A stretch of 39,587 nt of DNA. Origin: Promethearchaeota archaeon (GTDB lineage Archaea; Asgardarchaeota; Lokiarchaeia; Sigyniarchaeales; SOKP01). The translations under genes and the position numbers were made by a program. A model generated the notes under the pieces. That model saw only the letters and a program-made list of their open reading frames with translations, searched no databases and was not told where the DNA came from. Shown in pieces: positions 8,602 through 17,439 of the stretch (positions are counted from its first letter, which is position 1; each line of letters starts with the position of its first letter). The stretch lies in NCBI GenBank assembly GCA_018238625.1, contig JABCSY010000031.1:1-39587 (forward strand). Reading direction: 5' to 3'.

Positions 8602-9825
8602 TTAAAAAAGTTTAATTTCTACGATCTTTTCAACGCTCTCTTCAAGAATTTTATCAAAATTTAAATTATCATATAATGCATTTAATTTCTCAGCATCAAA
8701 TTCTTGATCTTTTGGTTTAAATGGGCAATACTCAATAGGTTTAAGCTTTTTTGATATTTTAAAAGCTAGATTTTGAATACTATCTCTTCCAAAACCTATT
8801 AACGGCGTAAAAATAGGAAATTTAGAAATAAGGCGATTAAGCGCTATGGAATCTAAATCTACTGAATCAGAACAAATGCTCGAGCAGCTCAGACTAGCTC
8901 CGTCTGTTATTGCCCTAATTTTTCCGTAAAAAGAAAAATCGGAAACCGTAAGAATTCTTGATAATAGATCAAATCTAATTAATCTACATAATCCACAAAA
9001 ATACTGAATTTCGTTTAATTCTGAGCTGAGTTTTTTTAAAATGTTATATAAATTAACTTTTCTTAATCTGAACTGGTTAAAAGGTATGTAATCCGTTACT
9101 TCTTTCCAATTTGATATCCATATGTCGTTCAGCGCTTTATCTTCTGTAATATCAAATAACACAGGATAAATTTCAGAGCCTCTTCTCATTAATAAAAAAC
9201 CAGCGATTAAATCATTTAACCTGCCGACATCCATTACTAATATCTTTTTTACAGGTTCAATTGGCAAACCCCCCCATTGGCTATTAATTACTTGAGAAAA
9301 TATATACGAAAAGTCTTGTCTAATTTCAATAAAAATTTGTTTCTTTGGGTGAGTTAGATTTACTTTTAAATTGTGATTCGATAGATCGTCAATGACGGCT
9401 TTACCCACGATTTTAGCCACATCCATTGAGGTATAGTCGTGTTTCCCAGATCTTCTAACTCTGAGCGCAAAAGAATCGTCCTTTTCCAAAATTTCTTTAG
9501 CTAGTTCTATCGTTCTTTCAGTAATGTTTTTAAGATTATTCGAAGTTCTAATTGCCGGACTGAGAGAATGCACTCCAAAAGAGTTTTTTAATACCTCGAT
9601 CGCATTAGGAATATCTTTATTATTAAAAAAGAAAAATACTCTGGAAGAATCCTTGCTTAATTGATACTTATTAAAGGGAATTCCTTTTCTCTTGAGTATA
9701 TTTTTTATATTGTTCATTAAGAATTTGAGCATACGGATTTTTACTTTTTGCGATTTCAGCCAAATCTCAGCGTATCTTATTAGTATTAAGTTGTACTGCT
9801 CTAAAATAAGTTTTTTTTTTCCCAT
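8602..9825 (-). CDS. thiI: THUMP-domain ThiI-like tRNA sulfurtransferase homolog with degenerate PP-loop
   Basis: ILIRYAEIWLKS N-terminus, THUMP (SFALRVRRSGKHDYTS, VNLTHP), GGLP, CxxC (CGLC) and distal Cys (YCP). The PP-loop SGGxDS is replaced by DVGRLND. Confidence 0.8.
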   Translation of the reverse strand: MGKKKLILEQYNLILIRYAEIWLKSQKVKIRMLKFLMNNIKNILKRKGIPFNKYQLSKDSSRVFFFFNNKDIPNAIEVLKNSFGVHSLSPAIRTSNNLKNITERTIELAKEILEKDDSFALRVRRSGKHDYTSMDVAKIVGKAVIDDLSNHNLKVNLTHPKKQIFIEIRQDFSYIFSQVINSQWGGLPIEPVKKILVMDVGRLNDLIAGFLLMRRGSEIYPVLFDITEDKALNDIWISNWKEVTDYIPFNQFRLRKVNLYNILKKLSSELNEIQYFCGLCRLIRFDLLSRILTVSDFSFYGKIRAITDGASLSCSSICSDSVDLDSIALNRLISKFPIFTPLIGFGRDSIQNLAFKISKKLKPIEYCPFKPKDQEFDAEKLNALYDNLNFDKILEESVEKIVEIKLF

Positions 9826-9843
9826 GATAATCCTATTTCTCTT

Positions 9844-11442
9844 TTAAATTAAAATAGATAGGTAATAGTTTCCAATAACCTTTATCAATCCCGTTCGTAA
9901 GTTGTGTTCTTTCAATACAACTAGTCCTTTTTTGTAAATTTCAATTTCAATGAAAACCTCCTCAAAATATTTACCCTCAAGATTTCCACCATTTGAAAAT
10001 ACCGTATTCTCAATTTTAACATTAAATGAAATGCTCGGCGAGGAATTTAAAACCAAATCAATTTGTGATCTAGCAAATTGAGAAAGAACATCTCCCGAAT
10101 CAATTAATTCCGTCCTCCACACGCTTAAAGGAGTAGGTATTAAGGTGTGAAAACAACAAACTCCAAAAATTTTCTGATGACTAAGTGACAACACTTTTTC
10201 GATGAACTCATTCAATTTTTTTCGACCAATAAATCCTTCTTTCGAATCTAAAGTCGTAGAGTTCATACCCTGAAAGTATATTTTGTCATTTTCATACAAC
10301 GGATCGAATTCTCCAAAGTAATGTTTCCAGTATTCCCAAGCAAGAGGTTTTGAATCAGTATACCCCGGAACGGCCAAATAGGGGTGTTTTAATTGATTGA
10401 GTTTATCCTTAGCTATTTGAAACTCTTCTTTAAAGCTATTCTTAGTAAGATTACCTGCATGAACAACTAAATCAACATCGTTGATTTTATTAATTTTATT
10501 AATTGCTTTATCAAAATTATTTAAATCGCTTTCGAATCGTTCTGAAACTAATGAATTTGATATTTGAATAAATCTAGCAATAGGTTTTTGTTTTTTATCT
10601 ATCTGCAATGGAATGTAATAGTTAACTTCGCGTAGAATTTCTCTTTGAGAACTTGAATCTAATACGGGAATCACTTTAAAATTAAGATTATTGCCATCAA
10701 TATCTATGACTGAATAAGTAAATAATTCACGATACCTCGTTTTGTTACAGCAAAAAGTTCCTGCATTAAAAATAAATAAGTCTTTCTCACTGCTACTCAC
10801 AGTATATAAATTAGAGAAATGTCGATGGCCATTTAAAACTAAATCTGCTTTCGCCTCCAAAAGCATTTTAAGCATATCCCCCGAATCATCTATAGCTGAT
10901 CGTTCTTTTCCTGTGTTAGGTATAGGTATTAATTGATGGTGAAAACATACAACCTTGAATTTATTTTCTCTTTCAGGTTTCTCTAACTTTCTTCTAACTG
11001 ATTCGATTATATTATGATGAATTATTCCACCAGGTAAATCGGGTTTTGTACTATCTATTCCATATATATAAATATCGTCATCTTCGTATGTATAATGTCT
11101 GTTTCCGACCATTTCTTCAAATAACAAATACCCCACATTCATTGCATCGTGGTTTCCTATTAAAAATATCATTTGTGGGTTTTTAGATAAAGGTTCGAAC
11201 TTTTTAAATTGTTCTAACGCATACTCGTATTCTAATAGTGTTCCCATTTGAGTAATATCTCCTAAATGCAAGTAAAGTGATGCGTCTTTAATTTTATTTA
11301 TTTTTTCCATTCCAACATTAAAGGCGTGAAGGTTAAATGCGCCACCCGATCGAGTAATATGCGTATCAGATATGATTACAAGTCTTTTTTTCGCCTCTAA
11401 CTTCTCCTTTGGATTAATTTTAAAGCTTTTTTCGGAGATCAT
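9844..11442 (-). CDS. Tandem calcineurin-like metallophosphoesterase (intact N-terminal domain, degenerate C-terminal domain)
   Basis: Domain 1: SDTH, GDIT, GNHD, FHH, GHRH. Domain 2: SNSL, GNLT, GYTD, FHT, NSSP. A repeated IDDSGDML / IDSGDVL motif shows internal duplication. Confidence 0.9.
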   Translation of the reverse strand: MISEKSFKINPKEKLEAKKRLVIISDTHITRSGGAFNLHAFNVGMEKINKIKDASLYLHLGDITQMGTLLEYEYALEQFKKFEPLSKNPQMIFLIGNHDAMNVGYLLFEEMVGNRHYTYEDDDIYIYGIDSTKPDLPGGIIHHNIIESVRRKLEKPERENKFKVVCFHHQLIPIPNTGKERSAIDDSGDMLKMLLEAKADLVLNGHRHFSNLYTVSSSEKDLFIFNAGTFCCNKTRYRELFTYSVIDIDGNNLNFKVIPVLDSSSQREILREVNYYIPLQIDKKQKPIARFIQISNSLVSERFESDLNNFDKAINKINKINDVDLVVHAGNLTKNSFKEEFQIAKDKLNQLKHPYLAVPGYTDSKPLAWEYWKHYFGEFDPLYENDKIYFQGMNSTTLDSKEGFIGRKKLNEFIEKVLSLSHQKIFGVCCFHTLIPTPLSVWRTELIDSGDVLSQFARSQIDLVLNSSPSISFNVKIENTVFSNGGNLEGKYFEEVFIEIEIYKKGLVVLKEHNLRTGLIKVIGNYYLSILI

Positions 11443-11446
11443 ATTT

Positions 11447-12184
11447 TTAAGTATTTTTTAATTTTGCTGGATGACCTAAATAAATTGAATTTTCTCTTAA
11501 AACCTGGTCGTAACTTGTATACGAATGAGCTGAAATTTTCGAGTTTTGTTCCATAACCGTACCAGGCAGAAGAACGCATTTGGCTCCGATAAGAGCACCA
11601 CTTTCTACTCTTATTTTTCTTAAAATGAAATTATCTTGCTCAATACCAAAACTCAAGATCGTAGAATTCATTCCTATTATAACATTCGCACCAATTGATA
11701 CGAATTCCGAAGAAATCCAACTATTATCGCAAATTGTTTTTTTTCCAATTTTTGCACCAAAAAACCATAAAGTGAACCGATTTTTAAACCAGGGAAACGG
11801 ATTTGAAGCCGTAACATATAATGGACATTTTTTAACTATGTTCCGTATATTCCAAAAGAGATAATCCCGATCTTCTAAAGATCGCTTGAAATTACCTTCC
11901 TTTGGAACATGTAGTAGGTTAACTATTTTTAAAATTAAAACTGATATTAAAATCGCACTAAATTGAACAATGTAGATCGCGGTTAAAACATTAAAAGGCA
12001 ATAATATAAAGAATAACCAATAACCCGTCTCGCTCCAAAAATAAATAACGTACGAATATTCAAAAATCGATAAGGGAACAAGGCTAAGAATAATTATGGC
12101 AACATATAAAATTAGGTATTTATTTCTGATTCTCTCGTCTATAGGTGATGGTGAATCTCCCTTTAAGCTAACTGGTTGAAACAA
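11447..12184 (-). CDS. Membrane protein with left-handed beta-helix (hexapeptide) acyltransferase-like domain
   Basis: Two N-terminal TM segments, then FGAKIGKK, VSIGANVIIG, ALIGAKCVLLPGT, YLGHPAK. Confidence 0.8.
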   Translation of the reverse strand: MFQPVSLKGDSPSPIDERIRNKYLILYVAIIILSLVPLSIFEYSYVIYFWSETGYWLFFILLPFNVLTAIYIVQFSAILISVLILKIVNLLHVPKEGNFKRSLEDRDYLFWNIRNIVKKCPLYVTASNPFPWFKNRFTLWFFGAKIGKKTICDNSWISSEFVSIGANVIIGMNSTILSFGIEQDNFILRKIRVESGALIGAKCVLLPGTVMEQNSKISAHSYTSYDQVLRENSIYLGHPAKLKNT

Positions 12185-12187
12185 TTA

Positions 12188-13066
12188 TTACCCCTCTTTT
12201 AAATTTAGATCGTTTTCGTTTTGATTCACTTTGGTATTTGAAGTCTTTATTTTAACTTTTTCCGCTTTGTTTTTCGACTCATCGACTGATTGAATAGGCA
12301 ATGTTAAGCTCACTGGCGTGCCAATGTGAATTAAATTACCTTCTAATTCCTGTTCAATCGATGTATAACTATTCACGCCCAATATAGCGAAATCTTGCAT
12401 GATTGTACCTGGTGAAACTATTGTGTGAGGTCCTACAACGCATGCCTTTCCAATCTTAACTTTTTTAATTAAAATTTTATCTTGATAGATTAAATGCGAA
12501 AAAATACAAATGTTTAATGACGTCATCGTAAAATCACCAATCTCTATAAATAAAGGATCTACATACCCTTCGTATAAAACTACGCTTTTTCCAACCCGAG
12601 TACCGAAAAATCGATAAACGACAATATCGATCCAAGGCAATGGTAAAGCTCTTGCCAACCAAATCGGGAAATATGCTACCCAGAACCTTCTATGCATGTA
12701 CTTCCAATCTTTACTTCCTCTCTCAAAAATTCCTTCTCGAGGTGGAGAAAGTTTGTTCAGTAGCTTAAAAATCCCGGCAGAAAATAATATGATTGTGAAG
12801 GTGAATAGTAAAATATTACCATATATATTTAGAGGAAGCAATAACCAATAATACCACTCAGCTTTTAACCCAAAAGAATAGAATTCGCTTCCAGTTAAAA
12901 GATAATACAAACTATTAATAAACCATAAATTCACAAGAAATAAAACTATACCCCCTATAAACAATTGTACAATTATAATCAATGAAAAAGGGGTTTTGTA
13001 AACTCCAGATGTAGAAATAAAATCCATTTCAAATTTGGAATAATTATCTCTCTCCATTTTGCTCAA
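12188..13066 (-). CDS. Membrane protein with left-handed beta-helix acyltransferase-like domain (paralog of the neighbour)
   Basis: TM segments, PPREGIF, FGTRVGKSV, IEIGDFT, KIGKACVVGPHTIVSPGT, HIGTP. Confidence 0.8.
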   Translation of the reverse strand: MSKMERDNYSKFEMDFISTSGVYKTPFSLIIIVQLFIGGIVLFLVNLWFINSLYYLLTGSEFYSFGLKAEWYYWLLLPLNIYGNILLFTFTIILFSAGIFKLLNKLSPPREGIFERGSKDWKYMHRRFWVAYFPIWLARALPLPWIDIVVYRFFGTRVGKSVVLYEGYVDPLFIEIGDFTMTSLNICIFSHLIYQDKILIKKVKIGKACVVGPHTIVSPGTIMQDFAILGVNSYTSIEQELEGNLIHIGTPVSLTLPIQSVDESKNKAEKVKIKTSNTKVNQNENDLNLKEG

Positions 13067-13255
13067 TTCTAATCTAATAAGTTATTATTATTATAATATA
13101 TCAACCGTAAAATAAATAAATTTTACACAATTTTTACTTTAAAATACGGTTTTTTTTTATAAAAATAGATTTTTAAAACAAACCTATTATAATAATTATA
13201 AATATAAAAAATTAATAACCAAAAAAATCAAAATTCATACATAAAGTGAAAAACA

Positions 13256-14179
13256 ATGTCGATAGACTGGGCCAAAGCAGAAGAAAAACCTGATAAGAAG
13301 CAAGCCGTAGAAGGAAGGTTCTTATTAGACTTAAGAGCGAAAGTTAACGATTTAGAAAAGCAACTTAGCGAAACCAAAAATGATTTGACTGGGACACAGA
13401 GTAACCTTAAAGCTACTCAAGGAAAACTCGAGGCTACTACAAACGATCTTAATAATACTAAATCTACGCTTGATAGCAACAAAACTGAATTAAGCGAAAC
13501 TAAATCGATATTAGAACAAGTTAATGGCAAACTCGAAGACAAAATACAAACTGTAAATAATTTGAATTCTGAAATTGAAGGCTTGAAATCTAATCTCGAA
13601 AATGCAAATAGCAAAGCAAGCGAACTTGAAGCGAATTTAGAAAGTAAAGGGCAAGAATTTGAAGCAACTATCTCGAGTTTATCTTCAGAGCTAGACACGT
13701 CTAAAGCTCAAATAAATGGGTTGCAGGACCAATTAGCCAATATTCAAAGCTCAAGTTCAGAAAGCCAAGTAAAAATTGATAATCTAACTTCTGAAGTTCA
13801 AGAATTGAATAGCAAACTTACGAGTACCCAAGAAGAAAACACGAAATTGAACGAACAATTAATGGAATTAAATAACTTATTGCTACAAAAAGACACCAAT
13901 CTTCAAGAGTTAAGTAGTGATTTAGGTGCTAAAGAAAAACTAATCGAAGCTCAAACTGCTCATCTAGATGAAGTTGAAAACGAATTGGGCGAGCTAAAGC
14001 CTCCAGAGATGGGTACAGGAGGTTTTGCTAGCGACGAACGAACAACTTGTCCCATGTGCGGATCAGTAGGAAAAGAAATCAAGCAAATTGAGGATAAATC
14101 AAAAGTCTTGTCTTACGTTGGCCATATACCCATGTACGCCAAAAAGAACGTATGTAAAAAGTGTGGCTACGAATTCTGA
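13256..14179 (+). CDS. Long coiled-coil protein with C-terminal Zn ribbon
   Basis: About 220 aa of heptad-rich Leu/Glu/Ser/Asn sequence, then CPMCGS...CKKCGYEF. Confidence 0.85.
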   Translation: MSIDWAKAEEKPDKKQAVEGRFLLDLRAKVNDLEKQLSETKNDLTGTQSNLKATQGKLEATTNDLNNTKSTLDSNKTELSETKSILEQVNGKLEDKIQTVNNLNSEIEGLKSNLENANSKASELEANLESKGQEFEATISSLSSELDTSKAQINGLQDQLANIQSSSSESQVKIDNLTSEVQELNSKLTSTQEENTKLNEQLMELNNLLLQKDTNLQELSSDLGAKEKLIEAQTAHLDEVENELGELKPPEMGTGGFASDERTTCPMCGSVGKEIKQIEDKSKVLSYVGHIPMYAKKNVCKKCGYEF

Positions 14180-14332
14180 ATTCCGAATTATTATTTCTTT
14201 TATTTTTCTTATCTAATTTTTAATAATTATTGATTATAAAGAGCCAATTTATTCGTTGGAGGAAATCTTTTTTTTATCGATAATTAACAATTAAATAGAA
14301 ATAAGAAAAAAAAAAGATATTATTTTTAATTA

Positions 14333-15724
14333 TTACACTCTTGCTTTCTTTTGTTCGTGAATTTCCTCGAGTTTTTCTTTGACTTCCTTAAGTTTTTCAC
14401 CGTGTAATGGGTATTTGTATATTGCCAATATGGCAATTAATAGAGCTATGGCTGGAAATACAAATATTAAGACTCTTAACCCGAAAGCAACTTGTGATGG
14501 ATCAACTGATGGATTAAAGGTTGCCCAACCAACAGTACTAAAAACTGTGCTTATGGCTAAAATTACCAAAATATTAGAAAACCTAAGGACGAAAGCATTT
14601 ACGCCATAATATCCTGCTTCTCTACGCATTCCTGTAGCAATCTCATCTTCGTCTACGATATCTGCGACAACTAAGTCAATAATATATAATGAACCAGATA
14701 AACCCATCCCTATTAAGAAGAAAATAATCATCCCTGATATAAGATCTCCTATAAACATTAAAGGAAACAGTGATAATATCCAGACGGTCATTGAGATCAT
14801 CCACGCTTTTCTATTTCCGATTTTGCGAACAATGGGTCTCCACAAGAATGTAATAAAAAGCGTAGCTGAAATAAATGTTAAACCTAAAAGCAGGGAAGCC
14901 ATGAACGCGTCTGATTCATTTAAAACATATTTTGCATAGAGTGGAACGAGAGTAGGAAGCATACCAAATACAAACCAATTTGATGTTTCCGAAATGATAT
15001 ACCATCTAAAAGATTTACTCTTAAAGCAAAATTTTATAGTTTTAAAGAAGCTCAAAGCATTCTTATAATCTTCTCGAAATTCTTGTTTTTCTTTTGGACC
15101 AAATAACAGAAAAATTAATACTCCCACGATTACAATTATTCCGGCTATTATTCCGAACAATTGATATTCAGGTAAAGCTGCTGGATCAGAAAAATCTGAT
15201 ATTATTAGTCCAGGCAATAAAAACGCAAAAATTAAACCTATAATTGAGAAAATTTGACGAACATTATTTGCTTTCGTTCGTTCTTGCTCGGTCATGAAAA
15301 CTTCTGGAAAAAGTGATGTCAGATTTAAACTGAAAGCAGTGTAGAATAGTTCAAAGACGAGAATAATCATTAAGAAATAGTAGAAATTACCAACTTCATT
15401 TATTGAACCGACAGGCAACGGAGGTGTAAACAGAAAATACATTACTACTGCCAAAGGTACGAAAAATACAACAATATAAGGCAAGCGGCGACCCCATTTT
15501 GTGTGAGTTCTATCTGATAAATATCCTATTAAAGGGTCGTTAAACATGTTCCAAATCGTCCATATAAAATATCCTAGAGTGATCAACCAAATGTTTATTT
15601 GAACTACAGTAAAATAGAATGTAAATATTAAAAGAATAAACGCTTGATAGGCTGTTACATCACTTATTTGTGCAAAACTATAGAAAAACGCTTTTTTAAG
15701 AGTTCCAGATTCTTTTTTACTCAA
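14333..15724 (-). CDS. MFS transporter, GPH/MelB (glycoside-pentoside-hexuronide) family
   Basis: NDPLIGYLSDRTHTKWGRRLPY and ADIVDEDE..TGMRREAGYYG; about 12 TM segments; GGTGA SD before the TTG. Confidence 0.92.
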   Translation of the reverse strand: MSKKESGTLKKAFFYSFAQISDVTAYQAFILLIFTFYFTVVQINIWLITLGYFIWTIWNMFNDPLIGYLSDRTHTKWGRRLPYIVVFFVPLAVVMYFLFTPPLPVGSINEVGNFYYFLMIILVFELFYTAFSLNLTSLFPEVFMTEQERTKANNVRQIFSIIGLIFAFLLPGLIISDFSDPAALPEYQLFGIIAGIIVIVGVLIFLLFGPKEKQEFREDYKNALSFFKTIKFCFKSKSFRWYIISETSNWFVFGMLPTLVPLYAKYVLNESDAFMASLLLGLTFISATLFITFLWRPIVRKIGNRKAWMISMTVWILSLFPLMFIGDLISGMIIFFLIGMGLSGSLYIIDLVVADIVDEDEIATGMRREAGYYGVNAFVLRFSNILVILAISTVFSTVGWATFNPSVDPSQVAFGLRVLIFVFPAIALLIAILAIYKYPLHGEKLKEVKEKLEEIHEQKKARV

Positions 15725-15760
15725 AAATCATCACCAAATAATCATTTTTAATAAATTTGT

Positions 15761-15797
15761 AATTAATCTAATTCAATTTTTTCTTTAATAAATGTTT
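15761..15797 (-). promoter_or_regulatory. Probable archaeal promoter (TATA TTTATTAA) of the first MFS gene
   Basis: Minus strand AAACATTTATTAAAGAAAAAATTGAATTAGATTAATT, similar to the region upstream of the second MFS gene. Confidence 0.4.
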
Positions 15798-15846
15798 AGT
15801 TAAGATATTTTTCATTAATCATAATAAAATTAAGAAATTTAATCAA

Positions 15847-17367
15847 TTAAATATTAAATCTTTTCATCATCCTATATATACTTAGTATAATTGCGTTAAC
15901 ACCGCCCCCACTTTCGCTTTGTGCGCCCACAAACCATAAATTCTCAATTGGGGTCTTATGAGGAATACCTCGTTTGCCCATGATTGGAGCTATTCCACCA
16001 AAAGCGTGATGATCTAAATTAGTTCTTTTCCGAAAATCTTCAGGAGTCATAATTATTTTAGTTTTGATGTGGTCTCGAAGGTTAGGAATCCTTTCCTCAG
16101 CATATTCTAATAGTTTATCGGCGTATTCTTCTTTTTTCTCCTCCCAATTTCCTTCTTTTAATGAATTTGGACAAATCGTGTATATTGTTATCGCATTATG
16201 ACCCGGGGGGGCCATCGATGGAGAATGAAATGAAGGGACATGTACTACAAAACCATCTGCCCCTTCGTGGTAAAGACCTTTTAGGCAGCGTTCTACCCCT
16301 CCTTCAATATCGTATGTACCGTAATAATAGGTACACACTTCTGATAAGTAGGGCGACGGGTTATAATCTACACCTAGATGAACCATAAATACAGAATCCA
16401 TTAGTGATATATTTTCGACTTCCTCTAAAAATTCTATAGGTAAATCTTTTTTTCCAATTAGCTTTAAAAATGTTTCTTTCCCCCCTCCACTTGCAATTAT
16501 TAAGTCAGCAGGGTGTGTTTGACCGTTTTCAGTTTGTAAACCCGTAACCTTATTGTTTTCAACGAGTATTTTTGAAACTAAACTATTTGTTAAGATTTTT
16601 CCTCCTTTTTGTTGAATATTTTTGCTTAATGCGTCTATTAAAGAACCAATTCCTCCTAAAACATTAAAAAGATGTAAATGTTCAGATTTTTTCGTTAATT
16701 TTTTTGGTATTCGTTTATCGTAAAAAGGTTCTGGATTCAAAGCGAAAACCCCCAGTCCAATAAACTGAGTTGGTTTTACGAAAAAATCTGCCAATATAGA
16801 GATAAATATGCTTTGAAGCTTTTTAGATTTAAAGAGATGATCCATTAATTTTTGAGCGCTCCAATTTTTTTTGGTAATTAAAGGGAGTAATGTTAATAAT
16901 AGAGAAATTTTATAACCAAATTTTCTTATTCCTTTTGTTTTTTCCATTTTACGCACGATTGTCATTAGTTTCATAAAGCGCAGATAATATTTCCAGTATT
17001 TAGACAATCCTTTAGCGTCCTCTGGAAAAAGTTGCCTTAACTTATCCATCCTCCATTTAAGACCTTCATACGTCTCAGGTTTTTTTATTTCAAAATCGGG
17101 GAAAATATATGTTCGATCGTCCTTTATAACTTCAATTTGATCCAACACTCCCAATTCTTTAAGTACGTCACCAACGGGCTCTCCCTCCCCTATCCCCTCG
17201 AGTAGGAGTTGTCCTAAATCCCATTTATATCCGTCCTTTTCGAATGAAGCAGTAACACCCCCAATTTGATTAAATTGCTCAAAGATAGTGACTTCATGCC
17301 CACTCTTTACCAAATATGCCGCAGAGGTTAACCCTGCAATACCCGATCCAATTACACATACTTTCAT
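15847..17367 (-). CDS. FAD-dependent oxidoreductase, phytoene desaturase (CrtI)/retinol saturase family
   Basis: MKVCVIGSGIAGL dinucleotide-binding motif (start moved to ATG 17367), SPSMAPPG, TPEDF, TPIENLWFVG..GGG. Confidence 0.88.
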   Translation of the reverse strand: MKVCVIGSGIAGLTSAAYLVKSGHEVTIFEQFNQIGGVTASFEKDGYKWDLGQLLLEGIGEGEPVGDVLKELGVLDQIEVIKDDRTYIFPDFEIKKPETYEGLKWRMDKLRQLFPEDAKGLSKYWKYYLRFMKLMTIVRKMEKTKGIRKFGYKISLLLTLLPLITKKNWSAQKLMDHLFKSKKLQSIFISILADFFVKPTQFIGLGVFALNPEPFYDKRIPKKLTKKSEHLHLFNVLGGIGSLIDALSKNIQQKGGKILTNSLVSKILVENNKVTGLQTENGQTHPADLIIASGGGKETFLKLIGKKDLPIEFLEEVENISLMDSVFMVHLGVDYNPSPYLSEVCTYYYGTYDIEGGVERCLKGLYHEGADGFVVHVPSFHSPSMAPPGHNAITIYTICPNSLKEGNWEEKKEEYADKLLEYAEERIPNLRDHIKTKIIMTPEDFRKRTNLDHHAFGGIAPIMGKRGIPHKTPIENLWFVGAQSESGGGVNAIILSIYRMMKRFNI

Positions 17368-17439
17368 AGAATTATCAATTTCAATAATGAATTTTAACAA
17401 TAAATTACCCTATAGATACTTAGTAAAATAAAAAAAAAG

